64,000 bases of DNA from an uncultured delta proteobacterium (lineage in GTDB: Bacteria > Desulfobacterota > Syntrophia > Syntrophales > UBA2192). Every line of letters begins with the position of its first letter. Position 1 is the stretch's first letter. Position numbers and translations under genes: made by a program. The notes under the pieces are model-generated. The model did no database searches. It was not told the DNA's origin and saw nothing but the letters and a program-made list of their open reading frames with translations. Below, in pieces: positions 9,628 to 19,176 of the stretch. The stretch covers positions 19,194 to 83,193 of the forward strand of contig CAVPJD010000007.1 in NCBI GenBank assembly GCA_963705165.1. Direction: 5' to 3'.

Positions 9628-11199
9628 TTATCGCAGAAAATCAAGGATCGAGGTGCTGTTGAGCTTTGCGGCGATGGAGTAGGACGTCTTCAGCGCAATT
9701 TCTTTCATGGACAACTTCATCGCAAGGTCCGTGACATTTGCGTCCTGCGTTTCGGAGAGAAGCGAGCTCAGGCTTTCATTGAAAGCCGTTACGTTGTTTT
9801 TCACGATTTCGAGATGTGCCGTTTTCGTCCCGCATTCGGCCTGGTTTATGAGAATCTGCTTCTGTGCCTTCTGGAGGTCCAAAACCTGGTCGGAAAGCAC
9901 CTTCGCCTGGTCAATGATGAACGTCTGTCCCTCATTAAATTGGAGGGTACTGTCGGACGAGCCACCCATGTTTCTGATGTCGATCGTCACGGCCAGCAGG
10001 CTCGCCCCGGAGGTATTGTCTACGACTTTCAGTTTTCCGTCGCTCGCGATGGATGCAGTCGCATCGCCGAACGCCGATCCGATCTTGCCGAGAAGATCCC
10101 CGACGGTGGTTGTATCGGTAATGGCCAGGGTGTCATCCGAAACAACGTTGCCGCTTGTATCCGTGCCTTCCAGGTGGACGGTGTCCGTGTTCGAATAGCC
10201 GGAGTAGCCATCTATGTCCTTGAGCAGCGTGGCTGCGGTGACGGGTGTGCTGCCTGCCGTATTGGCGATCGCATCGCTGGCCAGTGCGGCTCTCAGTGCA
10301 TGGAGCGTTCTGAAGACGTCGACGCCACCCGCGCCCGCCGCGGTAAAGACCTCCGCGCCGGTGAGGCTGTACTCATCATTCGTCCCGCGATTGATCGGGA
10401 TGGACAGATTCTCGTCATTGCCCTGATAGTAGCCGGCAGCGGTGGCGTTCACATAAAAGACATCGTTTTCGCCGAAAGGATTCGTCCCTGAGACATCGTC
10501 AAATGTGAGGGTCACGCCGTCGCCCAGGCTGATGACGCCGTTGGCCGGCGTGATCAGGTCGGGGGCGGGGGCATTCGTGTTCCATGTTCTGCCGCCATCC
10601 GTTGAGAATTTGTACGTCGCTGCGCCCAGGAGGCCGTCGGATGTGATCTTCACCGCATAGGTCTTGTTGGTGCCGCCCGTGTAGGCTCCCGATGAGACAA
10701 CGGTCCCGGCAAATGTATTGCTCCCGGCCGCCTGGGGCGGATCGATCGTCGCAGCCGACGGGGCGACGGTGAAGGGCGCCACGTCTTCCCGCGTGCCGGA
10801 AAACAGGTAGCGGTCTCCCCATTTGGTATTGGCCAGGCTCCGCATGGAATCGATGATGTCCTGGATATTCGCTGCCGCGTTCTCCCGGGTTGCCGCATCG
10901 GCCCCCGCGCTTCCCAGCGCGATCCCCATGGCCGTGTTGAGCATATCGTAGGCGCTGGACAGGGTGGTTTCAGTCGCCGAGATCCAGGAACGGCTGATGT
11001 CCATATTTTGCTTGTACTGTTCAATGGCGGCTTTGCCCCGCCGGATATCGAGGATCCGGGTAGCCGCAACCGGATCGTCCGAGGCCCGGTTGACCTTTTT
11101 CTGGGTGGAAATCGCCTCCGAGATTTCGTTATACTCGGCTTGCGTATGGTTGAGGTTGTTCACCATGGTGTTGAATCTCATGCTATCGGTGATTCTCAT
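9628..11199 (-). CDS. flgL: Flagellar hook-associated protein 3
   Basis: MRITDSM..QKKVNRASDDPVAA..ANTKWGDRYLFSG..SILDFLR. Confidence 0.93.
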   Translation of the reverse strand: MRITDSMRFNTMVNNLNHTQAEYNEISEAISTQKKVNRASDDPVAATRILDIRRGKAAIEQYKQNMDISRSWISATETTLSSAYDMLNTAMGIALGSAGADAATRENAAANIQDIIDSMRSLANTKWGDRYLFSGTREDVAPFTVAPSAATIDPPQAAGSNTFAGTVVSSGAYTGGTNKTYAVKITSDGLLGAATYKFSTDGGRTWNTNAPAPDLITPANGVISLGDGVTLTFDDVSGTNPFGENDVFYVNATAAGYYQGNDENLSIPINRGTNDEYSLTGAEVFTAAGAGGVDVFRTLHALRAALASDAIANTAGSTPVTAATLLKDIDGYSGYSNTDTVHLEGTDTSGNVVSDDTLAITDTTTVGDLLGKIGSAFGDATASIASDGKLKVVDNTSGASLLAVTIDIRNMGGSSDSTLQFNEGQTFIIDQAKVLSDQVLDLQKAQKQILINQAECGTKTAHLEIVKNNVTAFNESLSSLLSETQDANVTDLAMKLSMKEIALKTSYSIAAKLNSTSILDFLR

Positions 11200-11209
11200 G
11201 GTCGCCTCC

Positions 11210-12598
11210 CTAATTCAAAAGACCCATCAGGGTTTCCAGCATGTCATTCGTCGTCATGACGAGCTTGCCCGCCGCGCTGTAGCCCATCTGGTATTTGATC
11301 AGGTTGATCATCTCCTCATCGATGGACACGCCGGAAATAGATTCCCTCTGGTTGGTCAGGTTATTCAAGAGTGCGGTCTGATGGTCGTTGTCCGTTTTGG
11401 CGCTGGCCACTTGCTGCCCGATCTGCCCGACCATGGTGGAGAGGAAACTGTTCAGGGTCGCCGTGTTGCCGTTCATGCTCATTTCGTCCCGGACGGCGGC
11501 GATCCGGCTTGCCATTTCACCATCCTGAGTGACCGACGCGGAAGCGGCGATCCGGTTTGTATCGGCGACGATGACGGAGTTCACGGAGAGGGTGGCGGCT
11601 GCTTTGGTCGGGTCTGCGTCAATCGTGAAAAAATCGAGCCCGGTGTTTTTAAAGGCGTCGAAGCCGGTGCGGTGCAGCTCGTTTACGCGGGTCGCGAGGG
11701 TACTTGCAACTTCGTTTAGATCACTGATATACGCGGGAATAATGGTGTCCTGCATCTCCATGTAGGCGCCCAGTTTGCCGCTGGTCAGGGAACGGTTGAC
11801 CGGCATATGGGTCGGATTGTCGGAGTAGACAATGCTCCTGGCATTTACATCCAATTCGACACTGAGGGGATGACTTTCTATACCCTGGACCAGTGGATCA
11901 CCGTTTGACAGGTAGACATTGATGGAGCCGTCGGCGTTTTCGATCGAAGTGACGTTGACCATGCTGCGCAGTTCCTTCAGCGCCTCGGCCTGTCTGTCCA
12001 GCAGGGCGTTCTTTTCTCCCTTGTCTCCCGCAATACCCACAATCTGTCCATTCAGATCGCTGATCTGACTGACTTTATCGTTAATCTGCGACACGATATC
12101 GCTAATGTTTTGGCTTATATTCGCACTGACGGAGTCGAGATCACTCTTATAGGAAACGATGGTGCCGCTAAGGTTTTCCGCGGCGGAAAGCAGGGCGCTC
12201 CTTTCCACGATTCCGTCCGGGTTGTTGGACAGAGTATCCCAGGCGCTCCAGAACTTGTTCAACTGTTCGTTGAGGCCGCCTCCCTGGCTATCGTCCAGGA
12301 TAAGCTGGATGTTATTGAGCCCCTGCAACAGGGTGTCGCTGTAGCCGCTATTCTGGCGCTGCTCACCGAGCTGCGATTCGATATAGCGGTCATAGATCCG
12401 ATCGATCCGGTCGACCGTGACGCTGAGCTGAGTGCCGGCATTTCCCGTGTTACCACCACCGATGGATTGCAGAGCCGGCCGCTGCCGGGTATAGCCAGGC
12501 GTACCGATATTGGCCACGTTGGCACCGGTGATGTCGATGGCCATCTGGTTCGCTAAAAGGGTATCCCGTGCTGTGCCTAAAAGGCTGGTAATAGACAT
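11210..12598 (-). CDS. flgK: Flagellar hook-associated protein 1
   Basis: NVANIGTPGYTRQ..RESISGVSIDEEMINLIKYQ. Confidence 0.95.
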   Translation of the reverse strand: MSITSLLGTARDTLLANQMAIDITGANVANIGTPGYTRQRPALQSIGGGNTGNAGTQLSVTVDRIDRIYDRYIESQLGEQRQNSGYSDTLLQGLNNIQLILDDSQGGGLNEQLNKFWSAWDTLSNNPDGIVERSALLSAAENLSGTIVSYKSDLDSVSANISQNISDIVSQINDKVSQISDLNGQIVGIAGDKGEKNALLDRQAEALKELRSMVNVTSIENADGSINVYLSNGDPLVQGIESHPLSVELDVNARSIVYSDNPTHMPVNRSLTSGKLGAYMEMQDTIIPAYISDLNEVASTLATRVNELHRTGFDAFKNTGLDFFTIDADPTKAAATLSVNSVIVADTNRIAASASVTQDGEMASRIAAVRDEMSMNGNTATLNSFLSTMVGQIGQQVASAKTDNDHQTALLNNLTNQRESISGVSIDEEMINLIKYQMGYSAAGKLVMTTNDMLETLMGLLN

Positions 12599-12635
12599 AT
12601 ACCGATATCACCCCTCTTGAGATGTCAGTCTATCT

Positions 12636-12651
12636 TGCAAATTTGCGGCCT
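12636..12651 (-). promoter_or_regulatory. Sigma54 -24/-12 promoter of flgKL
   Basis: Minus strand AGGCCGCAAATTTGCA (GG-N10-GC). Confidence 0.6.
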
Positions 12652-12703
12652 TCATCTTTCCGCAACAACCCCCTTCATGATGGATCCGAACCTCGACATG
12701 ATT

Positions 12704-13255
12704 CTACCCTCTTTCCGAACAGATCCGTCCGTTGAGGCCGCTGGTTCTCAATCGGCCTGAATCGGCATAGACGGATCCGCTGGAGAGCATGTTGGCAATG
12801 AAACTCACAGCGCTCTCGTTGAACCGGATCGAAGATTCGATGAGGAGCCCGTTGCGGCTGTTCATCCCCGCAATTTCTGCCACGAGGGCTCGCAGGACGG
12901 ACTGGCATTCCACCAGCCGCTTTCGCTGCTCCGGGGAAGCATGGGAAAGAAGGACCGACAGGGAGATCTCTCCTTCATCCAGGCCGAGATGAGAGGCAAT
13001 CCTGCTGACAGCCTTCATCCGGATCTCCTCAAGAATCCGGGTCTTGAGAATGCAGGTTTCCTTCCGGGCATTGCTTTCGTGAAGGGTCTCCAGGGAGGAC
13101 TTCAGGAGAACCTCCCCTTCAAGGACGATGGTCTGCGCGAGTTCCCTGTAGATCTCGATCTCCTTTCTGAGAACAGACAGCAGAGAGTCCAGCAGGGGGT
13201 TCAGTTCGGCTTTCACATCCGTTTCGTTGATCGTCTGCAGATCGTGGTTCAACAT
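12704..13255 (-). CDS. flgN: FlgN export chaperone
   Basis: Helical protein with N..NGLLIESSI..Y..SG pattern; lies between flgM and flgK. Confidence 0.8.
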   Translation of the reverse strand: MLNHDLQTINETDVKAELNPLLDSLLSVLRKEIEIYRELAQTIVLEGEVLLKSSLETLHESNARKETCILKTRILEEIRMKAVSRIASHLGLDEGEISLSVLLSHASPEQRKRLVECQSVLRALVAEIAGMNSRNGLLIESSIRFNESAVSFIANMLSSGSVYADSGRLRTSGLNGRICSERG

Positions 13256-13431
13256 GACACACCTGTCCTACAAAGCGTTGCCGGGCATCGGACAGACCGG
13301 TTTTGCAAGAGTCCGGCGGGGGCTTTTCCAGCGCCCCGCCCTTCTTTCATTCAACGCGAACGACAGGTGATGCGGACGGGTAATAATCCCTGGAGATGAA
13401 ACGGCGGGAAATCAGTCCGAGTCGCTCAAGC

Positions 13432-13743
13432 TCAAGAGAGAACATCGAGCAGTGACTCTCCCACCATTTTCTCGGCGACCTTGTCCGCATCCACCCGATA
13501 GGTGCCCTTCTCGATCTGGTCCTTCAGGGCCTGGACCTTATCTTCCCGGACATCGGGAAGTTTCGAGATGGCGTTCTTCAGGTTCTGTACGTCCTTTGCC
13601 GTGGTGGAAAGATTCACTTTTTCCTCGGGTACGAGATTGTTGGCGGAAGCGGCCTTCTCCGATGCGCGGTCCTCGACCTTCTCGGTCTTCTGGTACTGCT
13701 GAATCATCTGGAGGGTGGCGTCGTCAACCTTGGAAATCTTCAT
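13432..13743 (-). CDS. flgM: Anti-sigma28 factor FlgM
   Basis: EKVNLS..PDVREDKVQALKDQIEKGTYRVDADKVAEKM. Confidence 0.93.
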   Translation of the reverse strand: MKISKVDDATLQMIQQYQKTEKVEDRASEKAASANNLVPEEKVNLSTTAKDVQNLKNAISKLPDVREDKVQALKDQIEKGTYRVDADKVAEKMVGESLLDVLS

Positions 13744-13775
13744 GTCGTACTCCTTGAGATTGAATCTTAACACAC

Positions 13776-13803
13776 TAATCGGCAAAACCCTAGTCGGCCT
13801 TTA
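13776..13803 (-). promoter_or_regulatory. Sigma28 promoter of flgMN
   Basis: Minus strand TAAA-N16-GCCGATTA. Confidence 0.8.
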
Positions 13804-14182
13804 GCGTTTTTTTCATGGCAGGGTCGGTTTCGGCCCCGCTGCCCTCGTCCGGCTTCAGGCCCCCCTCGGGACGCTTCAGCTGGTTGTAAAGGACCTTCTG
13901 CAGCCCGATACCGCCCTGGCGGGCCAGGTCCTCGGAGAGCTTGTGGTCCATGATCATCGTGTAGGTGTCCTTCCCCGGCATCTTGGTCGTAGTGTGGCTC
14001 TCGGGGATCGTCTTCCGCATCGTCTGAAATATGTAATTTATGAATAACGCTTCGAAATCGGCGCATGACTTCCTCAGCTTCCGATCTTTCTCCTGTTCCT
14101 CCGTCGAGGCGGCATCGGCCCTGGCCGACATCTTGGCCAGGCTCTGCGTTGCCAGGGGCGGGATATGCCGGATTTCTTCCAT
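13790..14182 (-). CDS. flgJ: FlgJ, rod-binding domain only (no muramidase domain)
   Basis: LRKSCADFEALFINYIFQTMRKT..GGIGLQKVLYNQL; 130 aa. Confidence 0.85.
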   Translation of the reverse strand: MEEIRHIPPLATQSLAKMSARADAASTEEQEKDRKLRKSCADFEALFINYIFQTMRKTIPESHTTTKMPGKDTYTMIMDHKLSEDLARQGGIGLQKVLYNQLKRPEGGLKPDEGSGAETDPAMKKTLKAD

Positions 14183-14192
14183 TTCCGTTCTC

Positions 14193-15383
14193 CTACATCA
14201 CTTTCAGGTCGGCCTGCAGGGACCCTGCGGCCTTGATGGTCTGCAAGATTTGCATGAGGTCCCGGGGGGTAACGCCCATGGCGTTGAGGCCCCGGACCAC
14301 GTCTTGGATGGTGACCCCCCTGGGCATGACCACGAGGGCTCTCTTTTCCTCGGCAACGTTGATCTGTGTGCTCGGGGTCACGACGGTCTGTCCCCCGGAA
14401 CCCATGGTGACACCGTGCCCCGCATCAGTGGGCCCTTGCCCGGGTACTCCGCGGGGGGCGAACGGCAGGGGTTGGGAAACGTTGGATTCCTCCCGGATCT
14501 GGAAGCTGAGGTTCCCGTGGGCCACGGCGATCGTTGAAATCCTTACATTTTCTCCCATGACGACGGTCCCTGTCTTCTCGTTGAGCACCACGACGGCCGC
14601 GGTGTCAATAGAGACGTCGAGGTTCTCGATGGCCGAAAGCAGGCTCACGATGCTCCCCTTGTAGGAATTCTTGACGGTGATCAGGGCGGATCCCGAATCG
14701 ACGAGCTTCACGTCCACATCGCCGATGCGGGAACTCACCGTCGAGGCCAGCCGGTTGAGTGTCGTGAAATCGGGCTGATAGAGATTCACCGCGAGCTGGC
14801 GGGTTTTTTCGAAGTCGTACCGGAGCTCTTTCTCGATGAGGGCCCCGTTGGTGATATAGCCGACGGTCGTGTGGTTCTTCCCGACAGCGCTCCCCGAGGC
14901 CGAATTCGCACCGGCCACAAAGCCCCCGATGACCACGGCTCCCTGGGCCACGGCGTAGATCTCGTTGTCGGCGCCCCTGAGCGGCGTCATGAGAAGCGTG
15001 CCCCCCAGGAGGCTCTTGGCATCCCCGACGGAGGAGACCATGACGTCGAGCTTGGCGCCTGTCTTCGCAAAAGGCGGCAGCACGGCCGTGATCATCACGG
15101 CGGCGATGTTGTTCGACTTGAGGTCCTTGTCGCGCATCGCGAGGCCCTGCCTGGAGAGCATGTTGGACAAGGTCTCCCGGGTGTAACCGTTCTTGATGCT
15201 GTCGCCGGTGCTCATGAGGCCCACCACGAGGCCGTAGCCCACGAGCTGGTTGTCCCGGATCCCGCCGATCGAGGAAATGTCCTTGATCCGCGCCGCCCCG
15301 GCCGAAACGGGCAGGCACAGGCAGGCGATGAGTACGATCGCGACCCCTGTCAAAATCCCTTTATGCATGCGATTCAGATTCAT
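14193..15383 (-). CDS. flgI: Flagellar P-ring protein
   Basis: Signal peptide, RIKDI..NQLVGYGLVVGL..GDAKSLLGGTLLMTPL. Confidence 0.96.
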   Translation of the reverse strand: MNLNRMHKGILTGVAIVLIACLCLPVSAGAARIKDISSIGGIRDNQLVGYGLVVGLMSTGDSIKNGYTRETLSNMLSRQGLAMRDKDLKSNNIAAVMITAVLPPFAKTGAKLDVMVSSVGDAKSLLGGTLLMTPLRGADNEIYAVAQGAVVIGGFVAGANSASGSAVGKNHTTVGYITNGALIEKELRYDFEKTRQLAVNLYQPDFTTLNRLASTVSSRIGDVDVKLVDSGSALITVKNSYKGSIVSLLSAIENLDVSIDTAAVVVLNEKTGTVVMGENVRISTIAVAHGNLSFQIREESNVSQPLPFAPRGVPGQGPTDAGHGVTMGSGGQTVVTPSTQINVAEEKRALVVMPRGVTIQDVVRGLNAMGVTPRDLMQILQTIKAAGSLQADLKVM

Positions 15384-15415
15384 CTTCAACCCCACCGTCA
15401 ATTTCTTATATCTAT

Positions 15416-15431
15416 TGCAAAACTCTTGCCT
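15416..15431 (-). promoter_or_regulatory. Sigma54 promoter of flgIJ
   Basis: Minus strand AGGCAAGAGTTTTGCA. Confidence 0.6.
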
Positions 15432-15480
15432 TTTCCTACACCCTAAACACTTCCTATACCCTGTTCCCGGCGCTTCGCGC

Positions 15481-16167
15481 CTAGAACGGCCACACCCAGT
15501 CCACGACCCGGGTCATCCAGCCCGGCCGCATCTTGTCGTCCACCACCCCCTTGCCGGCATAGACGATCCGGGCATCGGAGATGTACTGGGAGTTGATCAG
15601 GTTGTCCGACGTGATGTCGTCGGGACGGATCAGGCCGGTGATCACCATGAACTGGTCCTCGGAATTAACCGTCAGCATGCGCCGGCCCTCGATGATGAGG
15701 TTGCCGTTGGGGAGCACCCTCACGACGCGGGCGCTGATCTTCCCCTTGAGGATGCCGTCGCGGTTGGTCTTCCCCTCGCCCTTCAGCGAGCTGTCCGAAG
15801 CGCCGCCCAGGGAGTATCCGGAAACGTAGCGCTTGTCCGGATCGTATCGGACGAAACCGGTGATCCCCGCCGTGGTCGATGTCTGGCGCTTGGTATCCGT
15901 GTTGGCGTTGTTTTCCCCCTCGGCCTTCTCGTCAACGACGATCGTCACGATGTCGCCGATGTTGCGGGCCTTGCGGTCGGTGAAGAGCAGGTTGTTCGAC
16001 GTCGCGCCCGGCCAGATGGACCCGGGGGAGAGCGTGGCCTTCGCCTCCGGAGGCGAAGGTGGAATGACAATGGGCTCGCGCTTCATGGCGGCGTCGTAGC
16101 TCGTCGCCAGACAGCCGGTGAGCAGGAGAAGCAGGGTCAGCGTCAGACAGCGTTTAAAGGTTTTCAT
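15481..16167 (-). CDS. flgH: Flagellar L-ring lipoprotein
   Basis: Lipobox LLTGC; LFTDRKARNIGDIVTI; VLPNGNLIIEG. Confidence 0.95.
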   Translation of the reverse strand: MKTFKRCLTLTLLLLLTGCLATSYDAAMKREPIVIPPSPPEAKATLSPGSIWPGATSNNLLFTDRKARNIGDIVTIVVDEKAEGENNANTDTKRQTSTTAGITGFVRYDPDKRYVSGYSLGGASDSSLKGEGKTNRDGILKGKISARVVRVLPNGNLIIEGRRMLTVNSEDQFMVITGLIRPDDITSDNLINSQYISDARIVYAGKGVVDDKMRPGWMTRVVDWVWPF

Positions 16168-16189
16168 GATCGAACCCATCCTTTGTTTT

Positions 16190-16915
16190 TCAGAAATCGA
16201 CACGGACCAGGGACTGCGCCATCACGCGTGCGAAGATGATCTTCTTCGACGTAAGGTTCTGGACGCGGACGAGATCCCCCTGGCCTCCATCCTCCTGGCA
16301 CAGGCCTACGGTCGAAATGACCATGGGACCGTTCTCCAGGACAACGCGAACCACCTCGCCCTTCTTCACGACAGGCACCGAGCGCAGCATCTGCCTCGTG
16401 ATCTCCGTGCCGGCGTTGAGCCGCATGGCGGCCTTCTTGCCCACGGCCTCACCTGCATCCGTCAGGACTCCCGTTGTGGCCGTGTCCATCCACTTGCTCG
16501 TCACCGTCACGTCGCCCGGCCCGAGGATGTGGTCGCGGGGGATGCCGTGGGTGCTGGCAACGACGTCGGTGAGGACCTCGATCCTCACGCGGATCGTCTC
16601 TTCGCGGACAAAGGTGTCGCCCTTGCGGAAGCGGACCGCAAAGGAGGTGCGCCCGATGTAGTGCTCACCGGCTCGGCTGCGGACCTGCAGGTTCGCAAGC
16701 CCTGCGGGGATGGCCACCTCGGGCATGGGGCCGAGGAACTCGACGCGGATCCGGTCCTTCGGCCAGGTTGCATGGTCCTCGATGTGCTTTTTCACGGCCT
16801 CCTTGATCGCCGTCTCGCCGGTTGCGGAGGCCTCGCAGACAGGGGCCAACCCGGCCGTAAGCAGGATGACGATCATGAATGTCGCGAGTGCGCCTGGGAC
16901 GATGTGCCGTTTCAT
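16190..16915 (-). CDS. flgA: P-ring formation chaperone FlgA
   Basis: Signal peptide, SAF domain, VKKGEVV..DGGQGDLVRVQNLTSKK. Confidence 0.92.
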   Translation of the reverse strand: MKRHIVPGALATFMIVILLTAGLAPVCEASATGETAIKEAVKKHIEDHATWPKDRIRVEFLGPMPEVAIPAGLANLQVRSRAGEHYIGRTSFAVRFRKGDTFVREETIRVRIEVLTDVVASTHGIPRDHILGPGDVTVTSKWMDTATTGVLTDAGEAVGKKAAMRLNAGTEITRQMLRSVPVVKKGEVVRVVLENGPMVISTVGLCQEDGGQGDLVRVQNLTSKKIIFARVMAQSLVRVDF

Positions 16916-16921
16916 CGCTTC

Positions 16922-17707
16922 TTACCTCTTGAGGTTGTTTACCATCTGCAGCATGTTGTCTGCCGTCTGGATGGCCTTGGAGTTGATTTCGTAGGCCCTC
17001 TGGCCGACGATCATCTGGACCATTTCATCAACAACGTTGACGTTGGACATCTCCAGGAAGGTCTGGGAAATCGTCCCGAAGCCCTCCGTGTCGGGGTTGC
17101 CCGTCACGGGCTCGCCGGAGCCGTCGGTCTTGGCATAGAGGTTTCGGCCCAGGTTGGTGAGGCCCGCCGGGTTGGCGAACTTGGCCAGCTCGAGGCGGCC
17201 CGAGGAGAGGGTCGTCCCGGCCTTGTCCTTGGCCGTCCAGGTGCCGCCGGCATCCACGGTGAAGGTGACCGTCCCCGCGGGTACGCTGACCTCGGGGGTG
17301 AGCTTGAGGCCCTCGGAGTTCACGAGGAACAAATCCTTGCTGATCTTCCAGCTGCCCGCCCGGGTGTAGAGAGTCTTTCCGTTGCCGTCATCGGTCTGGA
17401 AGAAGCCGTCGCCCTCGATGGCCCAGTCGAAACGGTTTCCCGTCTGCTGGTAGTCGCCCTGGGTGAAGATCTTCTGGATCGACGTGAGCTTGGAGCCCAG
17501 GCCCACTTCCATGCCCAGGGGCAGGGCGGTCCCGGAGGTGGTCCCCGCGCCGGCCTGCCGGCTGATCTGATACATGAGGTCCTGGAATTCGGCCCGGGAT
17601 GCCTTGAAACCGGGGGTCTGAACGTTGGCGAGGTTGTTGGCGACGACATCCTGGTTGATCTGCTGGGCCATCATGCCCGTCGCCGCCGTGTATAAAGATC
17701 GGATCAT
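16922..17707 (-). CDS. flgG: Distal rod protein FlgG
   Basis: MIRSLYTAATGMMAQQ..NNLANV..EFQDLMYQ..LEMSNVNVVDEMV. Confidence 0.96.
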   Translation of the reverse strand: MIRSLYTAATGMMAQQINQDVVANNLANVQTPGFKASRAEFQDLMYQISRQAGAGTTSGTALPLGMEVGLGSKLTSIQKIFTQGDYQQTGNRFDWAIEGDGFFQTDDGNGKTLYTRAGSWKISKDLFLVNSEGLKLTPEVSVPAGTVTFTVDAGGTWTAKDKAGTTLSSGRLELAKFANPAGLTNLGRNLYAKTDGSGEPVTGNPDTEGFGTISQTFLEMSNVNVVDEMVQMIVGQRAYEINSKAIQTADNMLQMVNNLKR

Positions 17708-17751
17708 TTTCTCCTCCCGTACCCTTTAGCCTTTTACCTTTTGCCTTTAGC

Positions 17752-18465
17752 CTAAAATATTTTGCCGATGCGGTTCGTCGACATCCGGTCCTGCTCGCTG
17801 ATCGTCTGCATGACCTTGAGATAAGCCTCGAAGGTGCGCTGGATGTCGATCATCTCGACCATCTCCTTCATGGCCTGGACATTGGACATCTCGAGGTAGC
17901 CCGAGCGAACCTCCGGGCTTTCCACCGCGGTCTGCTCGGCCTTGCCGGAAGCCTCGAAAAATCCATTTCCCCGCTTCACAAGCGCGTCCTTCTTCTTGAA
18001 GTCGACGATCTTGAGCTTGCCCACCTCGCTGCCGTCGACGCTGACAGCCCCCGCGTTCGAGATCTCGACTTTTCTCCCGGAAATGGTGATCCGGCCTCCC
18101 TCGCCCATCACGGCATCGCCGGACTGGGTCACCATCTCGCCGTTCTGATTGAGCGTGAAGCTGCCGTTTCTCGTGTAGCGCTCGCCGTCTTTTGTCTCGA
18201 TGGCGAAGAACCCCTCGCCCTGGATGGCCACATCGAGCGGGTTGCCGCTCTTCTGCAGCGTCCCCGGGGAGTGGTCGATGAGGACGACGGGATCGTGACT
18301 GTAACTGTCCTCGGCCATGGTTTCGGTGCCGGGCTTTCGCACAAAGATGAGCCGCTCGGCCTTGAACCCCGGCGTGTTGGAGTTTGCCATGTTGTGGACC
18401 ACGTAGTCGTTCTGTGAAAGCTTCTTGACGGCGGCACTGACGGCCGTGTTTACACCGTACATCAT
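17752..18465 (-). CDS. flgF: Proximal rod protein FlgF
   Basis: NMANSNTPGFK..GNPLDVAIQGEGFF..YTRNGSF; lies before flgG. Confidence 0.92.
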   Translation of the reverse strand: MMYGVNTAVSAAVKKLSQNDYVVHNMANSNTPGFKAERLIFVRKPGTETMAEDSYSHDPVVLIDHSPGTLQKSGNPLDVAIQGEGFFAIETKDGERYTRNGSFTLNQNGEMVTQSGDAVMGEGGRITISGRKVEISNAGAVSVDGSEVGKLKIVDFKKKDALVKRGNGFFEASGKAEQTAVESPEVRSGYLEMSNVQAMKEMVEMIDIQRTFEAYLKVMQTISEQDRMSTNRIGKIF

Positions 18466-18508
18466 ATTGCCGGTTCCTTCTCCTTACACGGGTGTTGATC
18501 TGTTGTGG

Positions 18509-18524
18509 AGCAACGGCTGTGCCA
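18509..18524 (-). promoter_or_regulatory. Sigma54 promoter of flgFGAH
   Basis: Minus strand TGGCACAGCCGTTGCT, a consensus match. Confidence 0.9.
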
Positions 18525-18756
18525 GGGGAGCCAGGGAGAAGGGTTCAGGGTACAGGGTTCAGGGTACAGGACGGGAAAAGCTATAACTGCATGATATGAT
18601 TGATCTTAATATAAGCCGATTTTTTGCTTGGCAAATCCGCAGAATAAGGGATCGGTAGGCTTCCGGGTGACGGGTGGGCAATTTTGGGATGTTCGGGAAA
18701 ATATTGCCTGCGGGTTTTTTTCTGCGTTGTTCGTCTTTGCCTGTACCCTGGACCCT

Positions 18757-19059
18757 TTACCCTGGACCCTGCTCTTGCCGGTACTTCTCGTTCGCGGAAT
18801 AGACAAAGGCGAGGATCTCCGCCACGGCCTTGTACAGTTCAGGCGGGATGTGCTGGTCGATGTCGAGTTGGCTCAGGATCTGGATCAGGGCCTTGTCGCT
18901 GCGGACCGGGATGTCGTGCTGCCGGGCAAGCTCGATGATCCGCTCGGCCACATGACCTTTCCCTTTTGCCGTGAGCCTCGGGGCATCGTCCTTGGCGGCA
19001 TCGTACCGGACCGCCGCCGCCATCCGGGTCTGTTCGTTCTTTTTTTTCTTTTCCGGCAT
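18757..19059 (-). CDS. Stand-alone FlhB C-terminal-domain protein (FlhX/YlqH-like)
   Basis: AAAVRYD..APRLTAKGKGHVAERII..IPPELYKAVAEILAFVY aligns by eye with the post-NPTH part of FlhB in this window. Confidence 0.9.
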   Translation of the reverse strand: MPEKKKKNEQTRMAAAVRYDAAKDDAPRLTAKGKGHVAERIIELARQHDIPVRSDKALIQILSQLDIDQHIPPELYKAVAEILAFVYSANEKYRQEQGPG

Positions 19060-19176
19060 ATTCAGCCCGTTAATCCCTGACCTCAATAGAACCCCTGCAG
19101 GTTACAGGCTGCAGGTTACAGGCCGTTTTTCTTCACGTAGACACTCAGGCACTTGCACACTCAGACACTTCTTCGC

